The position numbers were made by a program, and so were the translations under genes. Positions 26,125 through 37,900 of a stretch of 64,000 bases of DNA are shown in pieces; the stretch's first letter is position 1; every line of letters starts with the position of its first letter. This DNA comes from Phoronis australis (Eukaryota > Animalia > Phoronida), in assembly GCA_002633005.1 (NCBI GenBank), contig NMRA01000225.1, forward strand, positions 573,947 to 637,946, written 5' to 3'. Under the pieces are notes generated by a model that saw only the letters and a list, made by a program, of their open reading frames with translations, did not search any database and was not told the DNA's origin.

Positions 26125-28148
26125 ATGAATTGTGACCAATGCAAGTTCGACAAACTGTATCGGGAGTACCCTCAAGTGCCTCTCACTCGGGACTGCCAAC
26201 ATCCGCCGTTAACCTGCATGAGGGTGAGTCACCGTTCTTGGCTTTATACCTGCCAAACTCGATCATGCTGTGTCCGTGGTGCTTGTGGCACACGTGTTTA
26301 GCACTGCCGCGTTCTGCAAGCTGGTCAGCGTATAATACTAGCTTCACCCCGTGTCGCCAGTGTCTCTACTGAACGGGATCCAGCTTTATATAATCTCAGA
26401 TATATCAAACAATGTTTAGTCTATCTGAGATATAATGTATCAAAGGCCTCAGTGATTGTTCTTTAAAGAAGGCTTTATAGACTCACCTACTTTCAGGATG
26501 CCTCAGTGTTGTGTCCCGCCTTGACATGTGTTATTACTAAATTTCGCCAAAGTATGTTGCTCTCACACACTAAGTTGTTTTTTTTTGTTTGTACTCTAAA
26601 CAGTCTTCAGTTGGAGGAAAACCAGTGCAGACACGTGTAGTCCTACCACACGTAAAATAGTATGGAACGCAGTTAAGTCTAAAGTGAATGATAGCCCTTT
26701 TATGGTATGTTTGAGGAAATACGACGTGTATCAAAACTTGGCACTAACAATTTCACCAGAAACCAGTCTGGCGTCCAGTCTTCATATACAGATTGTTCTG
26801 CGGAGATTCGCTAGTTGTGTTGCTTCAAAGAAACGAACCCGAATGTTCTAACGAAGTCAAATGTGTATAATCTATTGTTAACCACTGTGAATGTGTTCCG
26901 TGCGAAAGAACTACATTGTGCACAGAATGCATCACGTTGTTGTACATTGCAAGATTTAAATCATGAGTAACAGTAGCACATTTTCTCACCAGTGCACACT
27001 TGCGGCAGTCAGTCAGTTCAAGAAATGTCCAGACTGTCAGACTCCAGTGTCTCCCGATGCACCGCCCGTCCAAGACATTGAACGACGGCTGAAGTTCATG
27101 TTCTCCGTTCACAGCGCGCCTGTGGCTAATGTTACTGAACAGAGAAAATTGCGCATCGCCACATTGACGGGAGAGTACTTCACAGTACCCTACCAAGAAC
27201 AAATGACTGTGCTTAGATTGAAGCGAGTCATCCAGGTAGAAACTGGTCAACAAGTTACTAACCAGACGTTGCTTTTCTCTGGAACTGACCTTAAGGTACG
27301 TTTTAATTCAGATACTTTTATCACAGAAACTGAAGGTTAAAACGGCTATCAACACCGCCTTCCGTCACAGAAGCCATTTTTTTAATTAGACCGCCAGCTA
27401 GTTACCTGTTAAAGTGTCAAGTAAGACAGAATTTCAGAGCATCTGGGCAGAATTAATAGTTCGTTATTGTTCGAGAGCAAACTCTACAGGAACATGCTCT
27501 TTTTGATAACCGAACTGAATCTGTTTACAGATTCGCCGACCCAACGGTGCACTGGCATCCCTGGAAGACTATGGGATTACCGAGGGTCAGACCATCCATC
27601 TCATCACTCTGATGTACGCCATTCCAGATGATTTCGACCACGTGACCTTTGACCTGTCGTGGGGTTATCCTGCATCTGGCATAGATGCGTTAGATGCGTC
27701 TTGCTTCGCATTTAGCGGCTCGTCTCTACTCTTCATCGCTGATTACAGAAATATAAAGCCAGAGCAAGCTAGTTTTTCGGTCTGGCATTCTGGAGACAGA
27801 ATGGATGATGAACGTAAGGTCGGCCATCACTGTATTGAAGTGAAACTCAAGGAGCTGCCACAAAATGTCACCCATCTGTTCTTCAGCTTGAGTGCTTGGA
27901 AAGCGCCATCAATTGCCAGCTATCCCAACCCAACTCTGAATTTTTATGAGGCATCTAACAACGGGGACAACCTGTGCTCCACAACACTTCAGCACGTGCT
28001 CGACTCACGTGCAGTGATCATGTGCTTTGCAACAAAAGCAGAGGGACTGTGGCAAATTTTTGAATCGGGAAAACGGTCCGACGGATATGCGGAAGACTAT
28101 GGGCCACTGGTTGAAACAATACAAGGCATTATTAAGGAAGGCATTTGA
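26125..28148 (+). CDS. RING finger + ubiquitin-like + TerD-domain protein, ~339 aa
   Basis: Exons 26125-26223, 26993-27295 and 27531-28148 are all phase 0 with canonical GT-AG sites. Splicing assembles a C3HC4-type pattern CDQC-x17-CQH-x4-CMRC-x10-CPDC and a ubiquitin fold (LRIATLTGEYFTV...TVLRLKRVIQVETG...QTLLFSG...SLEDYGITEGQTIHLI). A TerD-like domain follows (LSWG..., LDASCFAF, HSGD, IEVKLKELPQNVTHLFFSLS, AVIMC...WQI). A strong acceptor at 26082 suggests an upstream, probably 5'UTR, exon. Confidence 0.88.
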
Positions 28149-28964
28149 ACAACTATGCAGAAAAAACAAATATTCGACCAACAAATCCTTTGTGTTGAGA
28201 GAACATAAAAGCGATTGCAGCCTCAGTCTAGTGAAAGAAAATGACAGCCCAAAGACAACACATTTGTTTCATTCACCGATATTTAGACACATCTTGTTCT
28301 TATAAGACACTTTCCACCACACAATTGTGTGGAAAGCATGATCACTACAAAGAATTATCACTGTTTTTAATCTTCATTATGCCACATATGAACTGTCAGA
28401 GGCGCTGAAAGGCTGACCCGATAATAACTCGTTATCGACAGCTTACTATGTCGCAACTATTGGACAACGACTGCTACGGGAATTGACATTCTGAGGTACT
28501 CAAGACAAGAGTAACCAGCAACAAACTGAGCGACTGATTTACGCATTTTACCGTGTATAATTTAAGTATATAAAGAGCTGTCAACAACAACTCTTCAAGT
28601 CGCGCTTTTTGTGACGGTGTTATCAGAAATAATATTTGTACTAATATTTTATCTTCGTCCCTATTCTTTATATGTGTATTCTGTCATGATGAATGACCTT
28701 ATTTCGCGCACCTGGGTCTCCTTTTCATCTCTGGTAACGAGCTTGTCACGCACATACACTATGTTTTATCGTAGGTAAATATGTCAACGACAAACAATAA
28801 TGCTCGAGAACATGTATTAAAGAGACAAAATATAAACACCTATTCGGACAACAGGACTGCAAAGAAATCAACCAGCACATCAGATTTCTCCATCACTCTG
28901 GGCATTACATAACCAACACCGGTTCATACACTTCACTGCAGTCGTTTTTCCACGTAAGTGGCAC

Positions 28965-31900
28965 TCACACATGGCACATCTGCCACATCAGTACTGAACA
29001 CAAGTCCATGATCTGTAAATACTCATCAGCGCCATCTGACAGGCGTTTCTCAACAACCTGAAAGAGACGAAGCAGGACTAAATGGCATGAAAACCTATAG
29101 TGCACAGAAATTTTTAGCTTCCAGACTAGTTTTAGAACTACAAAATGCGTGACATATAAAAATTAATGCTACTAACTACAGACCCATGTTCCGTCCAAGG
29201 ATTCTTTTGATTTAGACCTCTTGCTGCTATAAAATTGGTCTCTTACAAGAAGTGATTTCTCAATTTGAAACGAACTGACAATTTGTTATTTGTTAAGACC
29301 ATGCTGGGAGCAAGCAAGAACACGACATGACAAGCCAAGTTGTAGAACTCTATCTCAAGAAATAACAGACAGTCCGGTCATGGAAGCCGTGAAATTACGT
29401 TGGATTTGATTACAAAGGGGCAGTTTTGAGACTAATTTCACAATGGCCTCATACCAAATTGGACCCTTCCGCCAGGACACTGTTCAACTGTGATAATCAT
29501 TAGTAGACCAAAGTCTGGGATAATAATTGAGGAAACTGGTGCTTTTTAGGCAGTTCTGTGAAGGTCAGTGTCAACATTTCTAAGAAACACCCCAGTTTCA
29601 TCAATTAGTCTTTTTTACTATTCATTATCAACTCAAACAATAATACCAAAGCCATGAACCTGTCAAAAAAGCATACCAGATTTTGTGTATTGAATTGTTA
29701 GTAAGTAGTCTCAGAACTAATTTCTAAAATTACTGTGTGTCATTATGGAAATTTTGACCCCAATTTGTAACAGATAGATTCACATATGTTTTTTGTTTGA
29801 CTCAACTTCAGGCAGAGAGCTAGCATGAAGATACTAAAGAAAGGCTTGTTAAGCACTGAACAGAGTCTGTAAACGGACTACTTGATGTATATTTTGGTTG
29901 CCTTCAAGGTGCTTCAAAACAAATATGCAGTTGCGCAAAAATGGCCGAAAAACCACTTATAGCAGGAATTTTTGCAAAAAATCTACTATAAACTTTACTT
30001 TTGTGGGCTGAAAAAGCAGTTATTCGAGAAAATGAGTGTGATGATCAAGACACAACTACCCCGTGAATAAGCCAGTCCTGAGGTACTTTCCCTGTCCAGT
30101 CCCCCACTCCCTCCTACCATAAATCTGCCGAGAAGGGTTGGTAGGAAAGTAAAATATTTGTTGATGCAATGCATACACCATATTAATCATGAAGATGATG
30201 ATGATGATGTATAATTCACAACTAATATAAACAACAATTTTAGTGCAACAACTTCATTTTTCAAAAAGGAATTAATTCATTTAATTTGAAACCTTGGAAT
30301 TGGTTGAAAAGGATAATGTCTTCAAGTGTACCCGTCTCAAAATGAGATCGAGACAGATTTACGCAAGTTGAATTTAATGAGATAAGTTATCTCTCGCTTG
30401 AAAGAGAATTGGTTTTGAATCATGCACACTAAACTCATCAAGTATTCTACCTAGTAATCACAGTTAGGGCTCTTTAATAAAAAATGTGTCAAGCGTGATA
30501 TCAGCTGCTTTGAAAGGAGACGCCATTTGTGCAATACCTACCGCGAGGCGCTCAAGAACCGCGGCCTTCTGGGAGTCCTTCAGATGTCCAGACATAACAA
30601 TAACTTCATGAAGCTGAACCAAAATCTGAGCAGCTGAATGACCTTCAGAGATGACCTCTGTCACGACCTTTTCAAGTTTATCATAGGAATCTGACTCGCA
30701 CACTTTGACAATAGTGTTTAGAACACTGTCGGGGATGACCTATATGACAGAATACAAAGTTCAAGGAACCGAACTTCACATAGCAGTAAACTGACATTAG
30801 ACTGATACCACTGAAGCCAAAACTTTTGTGTAAAGCAAAATCGAAATTATCGGAACACTTAAGTGCACAATCTGTACTACTGAAATTCATCCTTAAGTGA
30901 AAATACGTCTTGCAAAAACAAAATGCCAAAAATGTGGCACCAACCCTTCCCTAACTCCGACAGTATACAGTTCAAAGTCGTCAAAATGACGGCTTACACG
31001 AGACTCGTAACTGGGCTATGCCATTGCTTTTAGCATCATCCTGAGGATGGCAATTTAAGCTAGTTACTTGTACTGCTACAAACACGGTGACCCCAAAAAT
31101 GTTACCACATTATTGGCTTTTAATTTAGTTTTAAAGAAATCACAGTCAAACGTAAAAAATAAAAACTACTAAGAGTGGACATTTCTATCAAATTACTAAA
31201 AATAAAGTTACTTTGACTTATGATTTGTTTCTAAATGTCTAGTTTTGCTGTTAGCGTAATTACAAGTGGCTCTACAATCTTTATGGCCATGTAAACTCAA
31301 AAATCGTGCTCTGGACTACAACATCTTCAAATTATATGTTAGAAATCTTTGCACTTCAACATGAACAGCTTGGACAGTATATCGAAACAAAGCATTAACT
31401 GGCCCTTGATGGTTCAAGGATGTGAATTATTGCTCTTCACTAGTGGCCAATTCTGAGCGTAATGATGCAGACGTGTTTTCCAAGTTTTTGAGTATTTTAA
31501 GGAGAAACAGGGGTGTTACAACAGGATTACCAGTGGTTCCAGAAGGACGGGAACGGCTACATCTAGTGTGACGCTTGATTGGCTTTGACAGATTTTTGGG
31601 ATAGAAGAAGTGACACTGAATGGAGAGCACACTCCCTGGTTTGAGTGTTTATTTAAGAGGGCATTTGAAAGATAGTTATCCAAACAGCATTGAGGAGCTG
31701 AAGGAAAATACTGCAAAACTCAGCAAACTACGCTTCAACAGTAGACACAGCAAAGCAAGTCAGGTAATAAAATGGCAATGAATCAACACTGGGTTTTTAA
31801 TTTTGTAAGAATGTCATGTAATTTTAATTTTTTAATGTTGGTTGTGATTTTTTCAGTCTAGATTAATCACAAAAGAAGCTAAAATATAAGCAATAGTTGG

Positions 31901-34900
31901 ATATCATGTGCCTGCATTTTGATAATCAGTTTTCGCCCAATTATTCAGTGAGTAACATTTTTGGGCCACACTGCACTATAAGTTAAAACTTTGTTTGACC
32001 CAAAGTCAGTTTACAGCGGGTTTGGTTACTCACACCGACAATGTCAATGATATCTTTTTCTGTGATTGGTTCGTCAGCTTTCAGCCGGGATGCACTCTGT
32101 AAGAATGTGATGGCCTTGCGCAAGTCGCCCTCTGACGATGTCATAAGTGCGTCTAAGGCCTGTGAACAAGATCATAGTCGGTCAGAGCATTGACAAATAA
32201 TCATGATGTCTGAGTGGACTTTAATTGATTAACATGTATTACTCATCAGACAAAATCTCATCAGGAGCTGCTCCACGCGATAAGTCGAAATCGTGACAAG
32301 TCATCTTGCATTGCCACTCAAAAAAAAACACAATTTGGAACTTGGTGCAATGGGATCGCATTAAACCTTGTGAAAAGTTCAACAAAAATTGTAATTCATT
32401 TCCACAAAAGTTTTACAGAACTGCAAAATTATCCTGGCAGGCAGTTCCTTCAAGTTTCACAGACATATTGATGTCTGTCTAGTTTATGTTTTTTAAAAGA
32501 ACTACAGTAACAGTACTCATGAACAAGAAGGGACACCGAAAGTGAAAACCTCACTGAAAACAATCAGCTATCCAATTAGTTGCAGCTGCTGCAATTGTCA
32601 CCACGAACCACGATCAGCTTACATAAGTTTACATGAAAATTTAAATACAATCTGGAACCTTTCAAGACAAAATGAAAGTTCAATAGAGAAGCTGAGTATA
32701 GGAAAACATTGCTGAAAAGGTCACAAGTGCGCTTAACGCAGCTACAAGCCTTACAGCATTACAAATGTCAAATTTTAATTTAAACACTTGCCAGTATGAA
32801 TGTGGTCTCAATAGTCAAATCCGAGTTGATTCCAGAACTTCGAAAGAGCTGACAATTCGCTATCACTTCAGATCGAGCTCTACAAGATGACTCATCACAG
32901 TATGTCATATCACACACTGAGCATGGCGACGAGGAATAACAAACTTTCAGATCATTGCAAACGCAGGAATCACATTCCACCTGAGTAAGGAACACACTGA
33001 GAACAGGTACAAGATCTAAAGATAGGTTAAAACTTTAAATGATGGATAGAACTATAAGACATTTTTCAAATACCCTTATCACAATACTGACCTCTTTGTC
33101 ACATTTCACATTTTCCTTGTCACAAATCTCCTTCAGTTTATTAAGCATGATTTCGGAGGCTAACGGCTTGAAGCGGAACTTGGCACAGCGGGATGTGATG
33201 GGCTCAATTATTCGACTGACATAATTGCAGATAAGGCAGAAGCGAGTTGTCTTTGTCTGCTTTTCCATGGTCCGTCTCAAAGCCGCCTGCGGAGAACAAA
33301 CTTACTTTTCAATCAAATCCTTACAGAAACATGGAGGCATCTCCGAAGTATGTACACCCAAACAGAGACTGAGAGGGACTTCTCTGACAATCCTATTCAA
33401 GTAGAGAATAGATTCCTCAAGCACCCAAATGACATGTTGTCACGGAGACAATGAGCATAACTGTGATTCAGATATTTCAAACCCAACTTGCAGTATATGC
33501 GAATTGGTAAACAGATCTGCCTAATAAATGAACAAATTGTACAACTCAGATGCTGGTCTTTAAAATGAACTTTCTACTTGTAACCAGTAGGATACCTGGA
33601 CACTCATCAAAAGTAATTGAACACATACCTGAGCAGCAGATGTCATGGAGTCGGCCTCATCCAAGATGACTATTTTAAACGGTGGACACCGCCTGCCACT
33701 GTAAAATAACACTTATATTATGAACATTTTTAATTGTCAGCATTTCTGTTGAGAAACTAGTCATCCTGATGGAGTAATGCTACTTTGATGTGCGGCAACG
33801 CCTCACCAACAGTTCACATACAACAGTGAGAAATCCAACCATGTGCTCCATGAAACGAGAAATTACCAGAACTTTACCCATCGGTACTTTCTGTTTGCAT
33901 AGAAATGTCACATACTGGCACTCACCCAGGTCCAAGAAGACTGGATAGAAAATTGCATTATGATACAAATTGCCTTTGTGCAAAAACCAATAAAGTGACA
34001 GACATGGAACACTATTTAAACAAAAAATGTACGCTTGACATCCAGTTTCTCGGCTGAATATCTCATGACTGGCACTAATCCTCTAAGATCTAACAATCAG
34101 GGCATTTACTAGAGAATGTAGCCTGCCTATATACACATTTCAAATGGCGCTACAAAACTTTGAACCCTCACTAAATGAAGCTCTTTAACATCTTTTCAAT
34201 TAATCAATCCCATCAAAAATTTGTAGTCATGGCTATGCCCAAGACAACACCAGTGATCTAGTGATACCCAAGCCCGAACGGTTTAAAGGGACTTATCAGC
34301 AAGAAAAGTAATTTCCCAGAAATCAGCAGGAGCGTGGAACCGAACTCACTAGCCTCAAAGTAGCAGCGCAAGGCTTTGCCGCCGATCCGAATCCCTCAAG
34401 TTAAATAGCAGAGCATTATAAGCCTATTTAAATGGCTAAGTCATCAGCCTCGATTTTAGCAAATGTCTGGCAGACAACAGCAAGAACAGGCGATTTGTAA
34501 CAAAATCATAAAAACACAGCAGACTTTGTTATAATAGCTGTGGTCAAAACTACAAGCTTGAAGAAGTTTATCTCAATATAGAAAAGATCCAAAAAAGGCA
34601 TTTTTCAGTTGTCAAACAGATAATGCCTCCTTAAACAGCAATTAGGACATGAAATTGAAGCGGATAATACATTGTTATAGTACTTAAATCCAAATATGTT
34701 TAGTTTTGCTTCTCAAACAGTTATAGAATAATGGTTGTTATGAGACGGGTTAATTATATAATTTAGGGTATACACAAAAGCTAATGAAATGTCGCACTCC
34801 ACGGCAATACACAAAATATTTGTTAATTATAAATTATTTTGCCTTCAGTTGCAAAATGTAGCACAGGAGACCACATGCAAATATGGACAAATTTGAACAC

Positions 34901-37900
34901 TGCCCTTTCATTAGTTTAAACTTGGGTAAAATTGTCCAGTTTAGGGCAGTCTCTAAAGAAATTGAGAGACCAGAAGTGAATCCGGAAATAAAAATTTCTT
35001 GATTTTGAAATTTTGACATGGGTGATTTTGCTGTTCTACCAATTTCTCAAATATTAGGCATTGCATTTTGTATTCAACAGTATCTGAAAATAGACTTCAG
35101 TTGGCAGTTCATAAAATCATCACAACAGCTGAGTTCCTACAGTGTATAACATCAAGTTCAATAATCACTTGTCAAAGATTATAATTCTCGAGCTTGGGAC
35201 AGCCAACACGGCATATTTCTAAAATTTGGTACACGTTCTGTCCTTTACCAAAATGATCTTTGGTTCACTGTCCCAAACTAGAAAATTCTAACTGTAACAA
35301 GCTTCAACACCAGTCTCAGTCAACTACTTACTCAGGCCTGGTTCCGCTAGCGCTGAGATTTGAGAAGTTTTTCACCTTTTCACGGACAACGTTTATGCCT
35401 CGCTCGTCAGACGCGTTCAACTCCAGCACCCTTTCTCGCATCAGGTCATGTCTAGCGGGATATAGTTACAGAATACATTATACACATCGAGTAAGTTGAA
35501 GTATGCTATGTGAAAACTATATGATTACGTGGACAGTACAAAACTTTTGTGAAGCAACTCCAGGGAATACAAACAGGAGGTGCTATTATTGCCCATTTAA
35601 AAAGTGTGAAAAATGAACAAAAAATGTCTTGATTCATTAGGCAACTCTGATATCAATGCCATCAGCTTATGTGTCTAGGCACTGAGTTGCATGTCACCTG
35701 CTGAACAAAAACTTGCAGTTTGTTCAGGAATGTCAGTTAGGAAACTGTCCAATGTAGGAATTTTGAAATGGTCGCGGGACATTTAAACAGGTCGCAAGTG
35801 CAGCTAAACCTGTCACTGCAATGAGTTAAAAGCAGTTGTGGAGAACTCTTTATAGTCTAGAAGTTGCCTTATGATGAATGCAAATTCGTATATTATCCAT
35901 CGAGGAACTCCAAAGGTACAGACGAAAACAGAAAAAGCATAATTGCCACAAGGGGACACAGCAGCAGTCCTATTCATCTGAATGTCGTGTCAACCATTGT
36001 CAACTCCATATAAATAGGCCTACCAGACGGTTTAGCAAACACAACCAGATACAAAGAAACCGCGCCATCCTAAAATCATCGTCAGCTCTCTTCTTTCCAG
36101 TATGACCATGTATGTCAATTTTCATAATCATCCTAAGAGTGGTTTAGCCAACAAAGGGGCAGATGCCAAACACAGACTAAAACATTATAAACAACCATTA
36201 GGTGACTATGTTGAATCCATTTGCAAACAAAAACGAAAAGATGTCATTGCCTCTCTAATAGACACCTGTTTGCCGAATTTCATAAAAATACATCCACGAA
36301 CACTAATAAAACAAAAAAAATTAAAATTGCCACTAGGCGGCATGGCGGTAGTTGGATCAGTACAAAAGTCATCACCTGTTGTCACCTTCATACACTTGAC
36401 AAATTTAACAAAGGGGTTTTAGAAGATACCGCCATCGACACAAAAAACAAAACTGCCAATGGAAGAAGCCAAAAATCATCGCTAGCTGTCCTCTTCCCAG
36501 TCAGAGCACATTTATAATTTTCATATACATCCTTACAGTGGTTTGGCCCATACAGGGGCAAAAACGGAATCAACAGTGAAAAAGCCACTAGATGGAGCAA
36601 GTTAGGTTGAATCCATTAAAAAATGTGAAGGTGGCGTCACGTTGCTGATACTTATTTGCCAAATTTCATGAAAATCCGTTAAGGAACTCGGAAGATACAG
36701 GGGCAAACGTACACAACAAAAATTGCCACTAGGGGGCAGACTGGTAATGTATCTGTTTGAAAATTCGCTCTTTCCGTCTCATTTATGAAAGGTATATACC
36801 TCCAAAAATTTATGTACACATCAAGGGGTTTTGGAGATACAGCAGGGACGCTGGGCAGACACCAAAGTGAGAGACAGATGAACAGACAGAGATAACTGCA
36901 TAATGCCCCACACATAAATATAAATAATCATTTGGGTGCATAAAAATGCAACATTTCTCCACGACCTGTTTTAACTCGACGCTGTAACGAGTTTGGATTT
37001 TGCCACGCTGGAGTTCGGAAAATGTGAGGGGAGTTTAGAAAGTGCTGCGTCAGGTTTAAACCTGTGGCCTGGCTTGGCACATCAGCCATCGACACTAACG
37101 CAGAGTCTGATTAACCAACATCAATCCCATTACAAACCATTTGAGGCAGTCAATACTATATGTTTAAGTGTATAACTTTGTATGACACTACAAGAGTTTA
37201 AATTATAATTAATAAAATCTGCCAAAAATCTTTACATAACAAAATTTCATGGAGTCAACTAGCTTGCTTCATCAAATGAATAGTCTGCTTTGTCATTCTA
37301 ACTTTAAAAGTTTGCAAGTCAATCTGTAAAGAAACAATTTAATTTGCTTAATGAATACAATTTTGATTTTGACTGACATCTAAAGACAAGTTAGAACTTC
37401 ATGAGCTCATTCAACTTGACAACAGGTGTCACTGAAAACTAGGTCACATCAGAACTCATAATAGTAGTACTTAATATGTCTAATTGATATTAAAATTGTC
37501 ATTGGTATTATTAAAGGAACTTTTAATCTTTGTTTGCTGCTCTGGGTCTGTCAAATGCTTCGGAGGAATTATGAGACACATTTGGTAGGAACGCTGAACT
37601 TTGGAGTGTCTAAAAAGTAAGTCACACCAGTGCAGCGTGCAGTTTTAAACCATATATAAATACCTCCAGCACACCCATGGTTATGATTAGAGATGAGACA
37701 ATGTCAATAACTGATACTGAACATATCTAGACATTTGGTTTGAGTTTGGATTTTGTACTGTGGAGAACACCTTTTAAGGTGTTTTCATTTCTTACCCATA
37801 GAGTTCTCTAGCAGCAGCCAGAATGGTTGATGTCTTTCCTGTGCCTGGAGGACCATAAAATAACAAGTTTGGTAACTGAAATAAATGGTCAGTAAAAAAC

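Noticed and set aside
27531-28148. Bacterial contamination or a ter operon
   Set aside because: The TerD region is spliced in frame to eukaryotic RING/UBL exons, sits ~800 bp from the RFC4 stop codon, and no other ter genes are present.
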